From the IMG/VR virus record IMGVR_UViG_3300034073_003631, positions 56,566-76,565 of that record: a stretch of 20,000 nucleotides of DNA, one strand, 5' to 3'. The notes under the pieces are model-generated. The model saw only the letters and a program-made list of their open reading frames with translations. It did not search any database and was not told the DNA's origin. Origin of the DNA: an uncultured virus (IMG/VR IMGVR_UViG_3300034073_003631). Lineage: Duplodnaviria > Heunggongvirae > Uroviricota > Caudoviricetes. This document shows positions 1 through 8,544 of this stretch, in pieces (within the stretch, counting starts at the first letter, position 1; every line of letters begins with the position of its first letter). The position numbers were made by a program, and so were the translations under genes.

Positions 1-297
1 AATGTATTTAAATTTTTCAATCAAAAAAATAATAACATAATCTTAAATGATTACATTGGTGAATATAAAGCTGATGATGGTAGAACTGGAAAATTATATG
101 TGGAGGGTGATAAAATAAAGTTCACATATGATGGAAAGACAATAACCTTCAATCCAGAAGCTGAAGCAGACACTTTTAAAATAAGTTATTTCCCCTTTAA
201 AGGGTTGGCAATATTCTCAAGGGATGGTAAGGGTAAAATAAAAGAGGTTAAGGCTGAATTGGCAGGGTATATCATAAATGCCAAAAAGATTGCTTAA
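1..297 (+). CDS. 5'-truncated protein; C-terminal region resembles a DUF3471-like beta-rich domain
   Basis: Frame is open from base 1 (NVFKFFNQKNNNIILNDYIGEYKADDGRTGKLYVEGDK...) to TAA at 297. The pattern L-x-D-Y-x-G-x-Y ... DTF ... FxRDGKGKIK recalls DUF3471. Confidence 0.55.
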   Translation, partial: NVFKFFNQKNNNIILNDYIGEYKADDGRTGKLYVEGDKIKFTYDGKTITFNPEAEADTFKISYFPFKGLAIFSRDGKGKIKEVKAELAGYIINAKKIA

Positions 298-372
298 ATT
301 TAATTTATGTGCCAAATTAGTTGTGTTTTTGATTAATGTTTCTTATCATTGTTAAGAACAAAATAATCAAAG

Positions 373-1233
373 ATGAAAAGTGAAGGCATTAATGTTTTAA
401 GTTTATTTGATGGAATGTCTTGTGGACAAATTGCATTAAATAGGCTTGGTATAAAGATATCAAAGTATTATGCATCTGAAATAGATAAAGCACCAATAAA
501 GGTGACACAGCATAATTATCCAGACACAATCCAGGTTGGGGATGTTACCAAAGTAAAGGGTGATGATTTACCGCAAATTGATTTGTTAATTGGGGGTAGT
601 CCATGTCAAGGGTTCTCTTTTGCTGGAAAGAAACTTAATTTTGAGGATCCAAGAAGTATTCTATTCTTTGAGTTTGTTAGGTTGCTTGATGAATGTAAAC
701 CTACATATTTTCTATTGGAGAATGTGAAGATGAAGAAAGAATGGCAAGATGTCATTAGTGATTTGTTGGGGGTTCAACCAATGAGGATTAATAGTTCAAA
801 ATTTACAGCAGCAAAGAGAGATAGGTTATATTGGACAAATATCCCAAATATTTCTGAACCTATTGATAAGGAAATATCATTTGATGATATTAATTCAAAT
901 ATTGATGAATGGATTGAACCTGAAAGGATTGAAAAAATTGCTGCCTGGAAGGCACAACAAAAACCTTTAAAAAATGCCACATTTATTGGAAGAAAATCAA
1001 AATTGCCTTGTTTGACAGCAAGGGGATATAACCAATATCATAGTGGAATGATATTGATAACAGATGGTGAGAAGTATAGGTATTTAACCAATGAAGAAGC
1101 AGAGATGGCACAAGGTGTTCCTGTTGGCTACACATCTATATGTAATGATAGAGAAAGAAGCCATATGCTTGGGAATGGGTGGACAGTTGATGTAATTGCT
1201 CATATATTTTCACCACTAAAAAATGAATTATGA
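373..1233 (+). CDS. dcm: DNA (cytosine-5)-methyltransferase, paralog 1
   Basis: Motif I SLFDGMSCG, motif IV GGSPCQGFS, motif VI LLENV, motif VIII KRDRLYW, motif X LGNGWTVDV. Confidence 0.95.
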   Translation: MKSEGINVLSLFDGMSCGQIALNRLGIKISKYYASEIDKAPIKVTQHNYPDTIQVGDVTKVKGDDLPQIDLLIGGSPCQGFSFAGKKLNFEDPRSILFFEFVRLLDECKPTYFLLENVKMKKEWQDVISDLLGVQPMRINSSKFTAAKRDRLYWTNIPNISEPIDKEISFDDINSNIDEWIEPERIEKIAAWKAQQKPLKNATFIGRKSKLPCLTARGYNQYHSGMILITDGEKYRYLTNEEAEMAQGVPVGYTSICNDRERSHMLGNGWTVDVIAHIFSPLKNEL

Positions 1234-1868
1234 ATATATTAGAATTATTTGCTGGAAGTAGATCCATTGGTAAAGTTGGTGATAAATTGGGAATGAATGT
1301 TTTTTCTGTTGATTGGGAGAAATATGAAGATATTGATTTATGTATTGATGTTGCAAAATTGAAGAAAGAGGATATTCCCTTTATACCTGATTTAATCTGG
1401 GCATCTCCCGACTGCACAACATATAGTATTGCTGCTATTTCAACCCATAGAAACAATACTGAACCAAAAAGTGAATATGCCAAAAAATGTGATGCGACAA
1501 ATCAGCATTTCATATCCTTAATTAAGGAGTGGTTGGAGATTAATCCTGATATGGTTTTCTTTATTGAGAATCCAAGGGGTATGTTAAGAAAGATGCCCTG
1601 GATGCAGGAATTTAAAAGACACACCATATGGTATTGTGTTTATGGTGATGAAAGAGCTAAGCCAACCGATATATGGACAAATTCAGATAAATGGATTCCA
1701 AGACCAGTATGTCATAATGGAAATAAGGAATGTCATCATGCACCTGCTCCTAGGGGGTCAAAAACTGGAACACAAGGCAGAAAAGGGTCATATGAAAGGA
1801 GTAAAATACCTGAACAATTATGTTATGAGGTATTAGAATCTCTCAATAAACCTAATATTACACAATAA
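1230..1868 (+). CDS. Short, divergent C5 cytosine methyltransferase-like protein
   Basis: ELFAGSRS (SAM-binding motif I), WASPDCTTYS (motif IV with catalytic Cys), FIENP (motif VI), YCxYG...KPTDIWTN. ATGA overlap with the upstream MTase. Confidence 0.8.
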   Translation: MNILELFAGSRSIGKVGDKLGMNVFSVDWEKYEDIDLCIDVAKLKKEDIPFIPDLIWASPDCTTYSIAAISTHRNNTEPKSEYAKKCDATNQHFISLIKEWLEINPDMVFFIENPRGMLRKMPWMQEFKRHTIWYCVYGDERAKPTDIWTNSDKWIPRPVCHNGNKECHHAPAPRGSKTGTQGRKGSYERSKIPEQLCYEVLESLNKPNITQ

Positions 1869-1903
1869 AGTAATTAAGTTTATTGTGCAAAAACAACTTT
1901 ATT

Positions 1904-2728
1904 ATGGAAATAAAAGGTCCTTTTTCATATAGTGGGAACAAATATAAGATATATAAGGCTCATTTAAAGCCCATTTTTGATGAATTTGACCAAGTTATTG
2001 AGCCATTTGCTGGTTCTGCGCCCCTATTATACAATGCAAAGGGGGGTGGAATTGGCTCTGACACCAATAAAGCGGTTGTTTTTATGCATAATTCACTAAA
2101 AATTGATGAAATTGACAAGAAAATGGAGGAAATTTACCATTTTTACTTCAAAAATGGGCTAAATAAGGACTCTTATATGGAATTAAGGTCATTTTTCAAT
2201 GAAAAGTGGAAAATATTTGGGTTTTTTGATGAAATTGCACCACATTTTCTATTATTATGCCAATTATCCTTCAATTCTTTGGTTAGATTTAGCAAAAATG
2301 GGTATAATGTACCATTTGGAATGAAAAAACCTGACTTTAATAGGGTTTTAGTGCATTCAAACATCTCAAAATCAAGAAATATCACCATATTTGAGTTAGA
2401 ATATGATAAATTGGACATTTCTTTGTGTAAAGATGCCATAATTTACTTAGATCCACCATATATTGCATCAAAATACCAATATAATGGGTGGAATGTTGAA
2501 GATGAGGTTAAATTATTGGAATATATTGATAATTTGCACAAAATTGGGAGGAAATTTGTATTATCCAACACATTATATCATAGAGGAGTTAAAAATGAAC
2601 ACCTAAATGCCTGGATTTCCAAGTATAATGTTAAATATATTGATAAAAACTACAATTCTTGGTCTGCGGCAGTCAAATCTGTTAAAAATGACTATAAAAC
2701 ATGTGAAATTATTGTAGATAATCTATAG
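1904..2728 (+). CDS. Dam-family (D12 class) DNA adenine-N6 methyltransferase
   Basis: PFSYSGNK, EPFAGS (motif I), FNSLVRFSKNGYNVPFG (Dam-type recognition region), YLDPPY (motif IV). ATG at 1904 preferred over TTG at 1883. Confidence 0.92.
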   Translation: MEIKGPFSYSGNKYKIYKAHLKPIFDEFDQVIEPFAGSAPLLYNAKGGGIGSDTNKAVVFMHNSLKIDEIDKKMEEIYHFYFKNGLNKDSYMELRSFFNEKWKIFGFFDEIAPHFLLLCQLSFNSLVRFSKNGYNVPFGMKKPDFNRVLVHSNISKSRNITIFELEYDKLDISLCKDAIIYLDPPYIASKYQYNGWNVEDEVKLLEYIDNLHKIGRKFVLSNTLYHRGVKNEHLNAWISKYNVKYIDKNYNSWSAAVKSVKNDYKTCEIIVDNL

Positions 2729-2738
2729 AATTAAGAAT

Positions 2739-3893
2739 ATGAATGTATTAAGTTTGTTTGATGGGATGAGTTGTGGCCAAATTGCTTTAAATAAAGCAAA
2801 TATTCCATATAATAACTACTATGCTGCTGAAATAGACAAGTATGGTATGCAAATAACAAAGAAAAACTACCCCAACACAGTTCATTTGGGTGATGTAACT
2901 CAAATAAGGGGTAATAATTTGCCAAAAATTGACTTATTGATTGGTGGTAGTCCTTGCCAGGGGTTTTCATTTGCTGGGAAACAACTTAATTTTGATGATC
3001 CAAGGAGTAAATTGTTCTTTGAGTATGTTAGAATACTAAATGAGGTTAGAGAAACTAATCCAAATGTTAAATTTTTGCTTGAGAATGTGAAAATGAAGAA
3101 AGAATTCTCTGATATAATATCAGAACATCTTGGAGTTGAACCTATTAAGATAAATAGTTCATTAGTTTCTGCCCAAAATAGACTTAGGTTATATTGGACA
3201 AATATTGAAGGTGTTGAACAACCAGAAAATAGGAAAATATATCTAAAAGATGTTTTAGAACCTATTGTGGATGACAAATATTACATATCACAGATTGCTG
3301 TTGAAAAACTAAATAGACATGGTAATAAAGTAATTAAGGAATTGGGCATTCCTAAAAAATCTGGAACAATACATGCTGGATATTATAAGATGGGAGGTAG
3401 AGATCAGCAGTATGTCAAGGATATTCCAGATTTACAACCATCATTGCAAGATAGGATTTATTCAGATGATGGTAAATTTGTTGCAATAACCCCCTCCTTT
3501 ATGCCATATGTTATTACAATTGATAATCATCATTCAGATTCTGAATTAAAATGTGTTGGTGCATTGGGTAAGAATAAAAAATGGCTTGATAATGGTAAAA
3601 ACTTGCAAAGAAACTTTTCACAAGGGGAGAGAATATATTCAACTGATGGTAAATCACCTTGTTTGTCTGCAAATAGTGGTGGTAGTGCTGGGGTTGGTAA
3701 TACATTGATAACAGATGATATAAAAGATGAATACAAAATTAGGAAATTGACACCTATTGAATGTGAAAGGTTGCAAACAGTTCCAGATAATTATACAGAG
3801 GGGGTTTCAAACACTCAAAGGTATAAAATGTTGGGTAATGGATGGACAGTTGATGTTATTACACATATATTTGAAAAATTAAAAAGTTTATAA
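2739..3893 (+). CDS. dcm: DNA (cytosine-5)-methyltransferase, paralog 2, with extended variable region
   Basis: SLFDGMSCG, GGSPCQGFS, LLENV, QNRLRLYW, RKLTPIECERLQ (motif IX), LGNGWTVDV (motif X). Confidence 0.95.
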   Translation: MNVLSLFDGMSCGQIALNKANIPYNNYYAAEIDKYGMQITKKNYPNTVHLGDVTQIRGNNLPKIDLLIGGSPCQGFSFAGKQLNFDDPRSKLFFEYVRILNEVRETNPNVKFLLENVKMKKEFSDIISEHLGVEPIKINSSLVSAQNRLRLYWTNIEGVEQPENRKIYLKDVLEPIVDDKYYISQIAVEKLNRHGNKVIKELGIPKKSGTIHAGYYKMGGRDQQYVKDIPDLQPSLQDRIYSDDGKFVAITPSFMPYVITIDNHHSDSELKCVGALGKNKKWLDNGKNLQRNFSQGERIYSTDGKSPCLSANSGGSAGVGNTLITDDIKDEYKIRKLTPIECERLQTVPDNYTEGVSNTQRYKMLGNGWTVDVITHIFEKLKSL

Positions 3894-3915
3894 CTATATT
3901 TATATAATAAAAAGT

Positions 3916-4404
3916 ATGGATAAATTATATAAACAAATTAATAGGGTTAAATTTTTAATGGAAGACCATAAAAATTTTGGGGATGAAAGATTTGGTATTG
4001 GAAACTCCATTGATTTACTTAAAAATAATTATAACATACACAAAGAAGATAAATTACCAGAAGAACTAATTAATGTACATGATTCTGCAACACATTCTGA
4101 ATACTGGGAAGATACGTTAAAATATGTTTCATTAAAAAAAAAGAAATTAAGTAATAACAAAAAATTATATACAACTCAAAGTTATTTATCAAAATCATTT
4201 ATTGATACAATAGATAATAATGTTTATAATTATTCTGATATAATTGTTGCAACTGCAAATGATGATAAATTATGGATTTTAAATGGTCATCATAGAATTT
4301 ACTATGATAGATTAAATGATAGAAATTCTATAGCATATATTTTATCAAAAAATGATGTAAAAGAAATTGACAATGTGTTTTACACAAGTGAAGATGATGA
4401 ATAA
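3916..4404 (+). CDS. ParB/Srx-like fold protein with leader peptide
   Basis: TTQ...IIVA...LWILNGHHR resembles the ParB/sulfiredoxin GHHR motif. N-terminus LYKQINRVKFLME resembles the MNLQENIxRI leader. ATATTTATA at 3896-3904. Confidence 0.6.
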   Translation: MDKLYKQINRVKFLMEDHKNFGDERFGIGNSIDLLKNNYNIHKEDKLPEELINVHDSATHSEYWEDTLKYVSLKKKKLSNNKKLYTTQSYLSKSFIDTIDNNVYNYSDIIVATANDDKLWILNGHHRIYYDRLNDRNSIAYILSKNDVKEIDNVFYTSEDDE

Positions 4405-4417
4405 TAAATATTGAAAT

Positions 4418-5323
4418 ATGAATGTATTAAGTTTGTTTGATGGGATGTCTTGTGGCCAAATTGCATTGAATAGGGCTAATATTCAATACAACAATTATTT
4501 TGCATCAGAGATAGATAAGAATGCCATAAAAGTTACACAGCATCATTACCCTAACACAGTTCAATTGGGTGATGTGACAAAAATTGAGTTTATTGCTTCA
4601 AAGATTGATTTGTTAATTGGGGGAAGCCCCTGCCAGGGTTTTTCATTTGCTGGGAAGCAACTTAATTTTGATGATCCAAGGAGCAAGTTATTTTTTGAGT
4701 TTGTTAGATTAATTGATGAGTGTAAACCAACATATTTCTTATTGGAGAATGTTGTGATGAAAAAAGAATATGAGGATGTTATTACCCAATATTTGGGAGT
4801 AGAACCAATCAAAATTAATAGTTCGTTGGTTTCAGCACAAAATAGAATTAGATTATATTGGACAAATATACCAAACGTTAAAGAGCCAGAGGATAGGAAC
4901 ATTTCATTGAGTGATATTCTTGAGGATGATTCTATTATAAATCCTGGTGCAATTAGGGGTAGGAGATTAAATAAAGCAACCATAATTGGTAGAAGGTTAA
5001 ATTTTGATGGAAAGAGAAAAGATTATGACAAAGATATACCCATTACCCAATGCTTGGAAGTAAGAGCAACCAATACAAATAAGAGCAATTGCCTCACCAC
5101 TGTTGATAAGGACAATGTATTGACCACAATGCCCATTGGAAGGCATCCAAATGCTTTTAAAGATAAGTTACCATTTAGATACTACACATTAAAAGAGTAT
5201 GAGAGGCTTCAAACAATACCAGAAGGTTATACAAGTGTTGTATCTACATCACAAGCAAAAAAAATGATTGGTAATGCTTGGACAGTAGATGTTATTTCAC
5301 ATATTTTCTCTTACTTAAAATAA
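4418..5323 (+). CDS. dcm: DNA (cytosine-5)-methyltransferase, paralog 3
   Basis: SLFDGMSCG, GGSPCQGFS, LLENV, QNRIRLYW, YERLQ, IGNAWTVDV. Confidence 0.95.
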   Translation: MNVLSLFDGMSCGQIALNRANIQYNNYFASEIDKNAIKVTQHHYPNTVQLGDVTKIEFIASKIDLLIGGSPCQGFSFAGKQLNFDDPRSKLFFEFVRLIDECKPTYFLLENVVMKKEYEDVITQYLGVEPIKINSSLVSAQNRIRLYWTNIPNVKEPEDRNISLSDILEDDSIINPGAIRGRRLNKATIIGRRLNFDGKRKDYDKDIPITQCLEVRATNTNKSNCLTTVDKDNVLTTMPIGRHPNAFKDKLPFRYYTLKEYERLQTIPEGYTSVVSTSQAKKMIGNAWTVDVISHIFSYLK

Positions 5324-5379
5324 GTAAAATTTGGTTCACACCAAAAAGTTCACTATCATTGTATATAAGAAATACAACT

Positions 5380-5574
5380 ATGACAAATCAATGCATTGAG
5401 TTTGAAAAACTTCCAGACAACAATTTTTTTATGCTTGATGGTATAACATATTGCAAATTTGGAAGATATGGATTAGGGTTTAATGATGGTGAAAAAGCCT
5501 TCAAAATAGTCAATCCCAAAACATTGGTTGAGCAATTAGATTTAAAAGATGTTTTTTCTAAAAAAAATACATAA
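5380..5574 (+). CDS. Hypothetical protein (64 aa)
   Basis: ATG at 5380 (MTNQCIEF...) follows a TATCATTG promoter-like site at 5354-5361. The longer 5278 start overlaps the MTase and is unlikely. Confidence 0.65.
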   Translation: MTNQCIEFEKLPDNNFFMLDGITYCKFGRYGLGFNDGEKAFKIVNPKTLVEQLDLKDVFSKKNT

Positions 5575-5601
5575 TTATACCTTTCTTATCAAAAATATAT
5601 T

Positions 5602-5609
5602 TATCTTTG
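5602..5609 (+). promoter_or_regulatory. Bacteroidota-type -7 promoter element (TATCTTTG)
   Basis: Matches the TAnnTTTG consensus and lies 23 nt upstream of the ATG at 5633. Confidence 0.65.
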
Positions 5610-5632
5610 CACTGTTATAAAGATGATGAGTT

Positions 5633-5890
5633 ATGGAAAAAGATGTAGCCAAAATACTTAGAGAATTACAATACTTAGCAACAGCTTCTAAGGACTTTAA
5701 GACAAATTACCACAACCTAATAATTGTGTCCACTCTAATACGTGGTAATTTGAATGAATACTACCTGCCAGATCATAATGGCAAACTAAGTATTGTATCT
5801 AAGGAAATGGCAATTGATTATATAAAGTCAATATCCGCTTTGCCTCAAAATGAAACTAGGGGCAAAGCGGAAAAAAGTGAAAACAATTAA
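5633..5890 (+). CDS. Hypothetical protein (85 aa)
   Basis: ORF track; promoter-like element upstream; co-oriented with neighbours. Confidence 0.7.
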   Translation: MEKDVAKILRELQYLATASKDFKTNYHNLIIVSTLIRGNLNEYYLPDHNGKLSIVSKEMAIDYIKSISALPQNETRGKAEKSENN

Positions 5891-6170
5891 ATTATTTATT
5901 ATGATGATAATCTTTTTATTTGTATATATATCTCTTACAGTTCATTTATTATTTTATGAGTTTGATGATAAACATCTTAAAATATTTAGATTACTAGGCA
6001 AAGTTATGGGTACTACAATAACATTATTTATTCTATTTATTTTAATGTCATCAGTAATTGGAAGATTTGTTGATAATCTTGAAGTTAATTACACCATTTT
6101 ATTATTTATCTTACTTTTAACATTCCTTATTATTTTCTGGACTATAAAAGTTATAAAATTCTTTGAATAA
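5850..6170 (+). CDS. Small integral membrane protein (about 3 TM segments)
   Basis: Three long hydrophobic stretches separated by basic residues. Confidence 0.65.
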   Translation: MKLGAKRKKVKTIKLFIMMIIFLFVYISLTVHLLFYEFDDKHLKIFRLLGKVMGTTITLFILFILMSSVIGRFVDNLEVNYTILLFILLLTFLIIFWTIKVIKFFE

Positions 6171-6223
6171 TTTCTTTTTTTTGATTTAGTTTTATTATCT
6201 TTACAGACCAAAACAAAAGAACA

Positions 6224-6631
6224 ATGAAACTCTTAACAAAAACAGAAAACCTAAGTTTTGCAGATAGTACAGGATTAGCAAATGCTGTTATTGACTGGTG
6301 TGAAAAAAATATTGGAACTAATTGGAGATATCCAAGACCCAGGTTAAGTTTATTGGGTGGTATAGCAGATGATATGTCAAGAGACACATACGGGGAGTAT
6401 GATGTTGAAAATAATCTTATCAATATTAATTTAGAACGTAATGTGTATGTTAGGTGTCTTATAAAAACCATCATACACGAATATACACACTACCTTCAAC
6501 CAGTTAGAACAAAGTATTGGAAACTGGCTAAAAAGCATGGATACTATGACAATCCATTAGAGGTTGAAGCAAGGTTTAATGAAAACACAAAGTATAGAGA
6601 TTGTTTCAAGGACTTAAAAAAAATATTATGA
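6224..6631 (+). CDS. Zincin-like metallopeptidase domain protein
   Basis: YGEY...ININL...TIIHEYTHYLQ (HExxH) with downstream NPLEVEAR supplying a third ligand Glu. Confidence 0.8.
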   Translation: MKLLTKTENLSFADSTGLANAVIDWCEKNIGTNWRYPRPRLSLLGGIADDMSRDTYGEYDVENNLININLERNVYVRCLIKTIIHEYTHYLQPVRTKYWKLAKKHGYYDNPLEVEARFNENTKYRDCFKDLKKIL

Positions 6632-6756
6632 AAATTATTAGGTTTTTAGGAAAATTATCATTATATTTGCTAACCATTTTGATATTGAGTTTCCTTGTAT
6701 ATCAAGGGATATTAATGGGGATAGTTTTGTATTACTTTTTAAAAATATTTGCATGA
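6628..6756 (+). CDS. Small hydrophobic membrane protein (42 aa), not in the ORF track
   Basis: MKIIRFLGKLSLYLLTILILSFLVYQGILMGIVLYYFLKIFA*. ATGA overlaps at both ends (6628-6631, 6753-6756) suggest translational coupling. Confidence 0.7.
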   Translation: MKIIRFLGKLSLYLLTILILSFLVYQGILMGIVLYYFLKIFA

Positions 6757-6938
6757 AAGAAATAAAACAAGAAAAAGACAAGTGTGTTCTTTGTGGTAAA
6801 GAAACACCATATTTAATAACTACTCATATTGATTATAGAGTTGGGTATATTGAAGGTGGGGGACAAGGCTGCTTCCAGCCCCAGACATGTAATGATGAGA
6901 AATTTTATCAAACAACTAAAAATAAGAAAAATGACTAA
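6753..6938 (+). CDS. Small Cys-rich protein, possible zinc ribbon
   Basis: CVLCG ... YIEGGGQGC...C; coupled to flanking ORFs. Confidence 0.7.
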   Translation: MKEIKQEKDKCVLCGKETPYLITTHIDYRVGYIEGGGQGCFQPQTCNDEKFYQTTKNKKND

Positions 6939-7248
6939 AACACAATTTATTTCCATTCTTGAGAGATATAAAACTATTAATGATAAATTTTCAGAGTTGG
7001 CTAATATTGGGTTTGACTTTTTTGAGAATGCAAAATTTCCATTGATTGAATTAACTGAAAGACAGTTTGATGCTTTTATGGAGACAAGATATAACAAAGA
7101 AGGTATTGAATGGATTTCTTGGTTTATTTTTGACTATAACTGGGGTGAAACTGGACAGCCTAGTGCTTGGGATAAGGATAATAATCCAATTTGCACAGAC
7201 ATTGAATCCCTATATGATTATATAGAGGCAAATTGTAGAGTGGAGTAA
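6931..7248 (+). CDS. Hypothetical phage protein (105 aa)
   Basis: ATG at 6931 (MTKTQFISIL) overlaps the previous stop; WISWFIFDYNWG...IESLYDYI. Confidence 0.75.
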   Translation: MTKTQFISILERYKTINDKFSELANIGFDFFENAKFPLIELTERQFDAFMETRYNKEGIEWISWFIFDYNWGETGQPSAWDKDNNPICTDIESLYDYIEANCRVE

Positions 7249-7259
7249 TTTTTTTATTA

Positions 7260-7333
7260 GGATCTGTAGCTCAGTTGGTAGCAGCAAAACGCTCATAACG
7301 TTGAGGTCGCAAGTTCAAGTCTTGCCAGATCCA
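7260..7333 (+). tRNA. tRNA with CAT anticodon (elongator Met or Ile2)
   Basis: Acceptor stem GGATCTG/CAGATCC, D-arm TAGCTCAGTTGGTAGCAGC, anticodon loop CTCATAA, T-arm GCAAG-TTCAAGT-CTTGC. Discriminator A, followed by CAA rather than CCA. Confidence 0.9.
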
Positions 7334-7347
7334 CAACATTATTAATT

Positions 7348-7422
7348 TGGCATATAGCTCAAAGGTGGAGCACAATTCTGATAAGATTGAGGTTGCTGGT
7401 TCAAGTCCAGCTATGCCAACCA
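7348..7422 (+). tRNA. tRNA-Ile(GAT)
   Basis: Acceptor stem TGGCATA/TATGCCA, anticodon loop CTGATAA, T-arm GCTGG-TTCAAGT-CCAGC, encoded CCA end. Confidence 0.92.
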
Positions 7423-7434
7423 AAAAACAAAACA

Positions 7435-7668
7435 ATGGCAGAATATAGCAAGGAGTATTGTATTGAAAGAAATATGGGATTTCAAGGAGACTTTTCCATA
7501 GAAGAAGAGTTTAATAAACTTGAAAAAGACAATGATATTGGTATAGTTTGTGAAGGTTATGGTTTTATTGCCATAGCCAGAAACCAAGAGGATCAATGTC
7601 TGGTTGCATATAGAGATGCTGATGATGGTATTATCTGGGATGAATTTTTATTTACACAAAAAAATTAA
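7435..7668 (+). CDS. Hypothetical protein (77 aa)
   Basis: ATG at 7435 (MAEYSKEYC) after an A-rich leader. The 7387 start lies inside tRNA-Ile. Confidence 0.75.
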   Translation: MAEYSKEYCIERNMGFQGDFSIEEEFNKLEKDNDIGIVCEGYGFIAIARNQEDQCLVAYRDADDGIIWDEFLFTQKN

Positions 7669-7673
7669 AATAT

Positions 7674-7934
7674 ATGGGAATTTTAAATTATGTTTATGTT
7701 GTTGTTTGTGATGGTAGGCCAATATTAGCAGCACATAATAAAGCTGAGATTGAAAGTATGCTATATGAGTATATATTTGGATCCAGAGAGGTTAATAAAG
7801 ACCAGTTGACATACCAACCTTATGATAGCAAATATCCCTCTATAAACGACTTGGAGGGTATCTATTACTACAAGGATGAAATGGGGGATGTGGATGAGTT
7901 TAGAGTTTATGGAACTGAATATTCAAATAAATAA
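7674..7934 (+). CDS. Hypothetical protein (86 aa)
   Basis: ORF track; tightly packed operon-like arrangement. Confidence 0.75.
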   Translation: MGILNYVYVVVCDGRPILAAHNKAEIESMLYEYIFGSREVNKDQLTYQPYDSKYPSINDLEGIYYYKDEMGDVDEFRVYGTEYSNK

Positions 7935-8210
7935 ATGACTAAAATGAAATTGGAAGAAGTTATTTCAAAATATGGTGATGTCAAATTAAAGTTTGAGTTT
8001 TACCATAAACATACCTTCAAATTTGAAGGCACAGCACCTGATGGTACAGATATAGGTGCGTATTGTGGGGGTGATGCCCAGGCTATATTTAATAAAGAGA
8101 TTTTTAATGATAGCACTGATACACTTGGCAATATAATTGGAAAGTGGTATTATGTACAATTGGTTAGACAAGGTGAAACTATTTTTGAATTGGAAGATTT
8201 CTCAAAATAA
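7935..8210 (+). CDS. Hypothetical protein (91 aa)
   Basis: Starts immediately after the previous stop codon. Confidence 0.75.
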   Translation: MTKMKLEEVISKYGDVKLKFEFYHKHTFKFEGTAPDGTDIGAYCGGDAQAIFNKEIFNDSTDTLGNIIGKWYYVQLVRQGETIFELEDFSK

Positions 8211-8218
8211 TAAAAAAA

Positions 8219-8494
8219 ATGAAAACATTTAAAGATTTGGTTTTTGAACCATCAGAAGCACCATTAAATGGTATTAGATCCACAATTGATTTTGATAATG
8301 GCTATGGAGTAAGTGTTATTAAGAATTCATTCTCATATGGAGGATCTGCTGGTTTCTATGAACTTGCAGTTGTTAAAGATGGTCAAATTAATTATGATAA
8401 TCCAGTTGCCAATGGAGATGTTGTTGGATGGCTTAATGAGGAAGAAGTTTCTGAATTATTGATTGAAATCCAAAATTTTGAAGATAAATTTTGA
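8219..8494 (+). CDS. Conserved hypothetical phage protein
   Basis: FDNGYGVSVI..SYGG..GFYELAV...DVVGWL..EEV is a pattern I recognise from small phage proteins of unknown function. Confidence 0.8.
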   Translation: MKTFKDLVFEPSEAPLNGIRSTIDFDNGYGVSVIKNSFSYGGSAGFYELAVVKDGQINYDNPVANGDVVGWLNEEEVSELLIEIQNFEDKF

Positions 8495-8512
8495 TATTTA
8501 GAAAATAAGATG

Positions 8513-8520
8513 TATATTTG
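8513..8520 (+). promoter_or_regulatory. Bacteroidota-type -7 promoter element (TATATTTG)
   Basis: TAnnTTTG match 24 nt upstream of ATG 8545, followed by an A-rich leader. Confidence 0.65.
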
Positions 8521-8544
8521 AACCATAATCAAAAACAAAAACAA

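Noticed and set aside
774..4983. Minus-strand and nested ORFs over the MTase genes (774, 1136, 1636, 2173, 2731, 2900, 3514, 3530, 4561)
   Set aside because: Shadows of well-supported genes; their mutual similarity only mirrors the MTase paralogy.
373..5323. Complete restriction-modification system
   Set aside because: No ORF with recognisable PD-(D/E)xK, HNH or helicase REase features next to the MTases.
7260..7422. Prophage attachment site at the tRNAs
   Set aside because: No integrase, no duplicated tRNA 3' end, and no change in gene character across the site.
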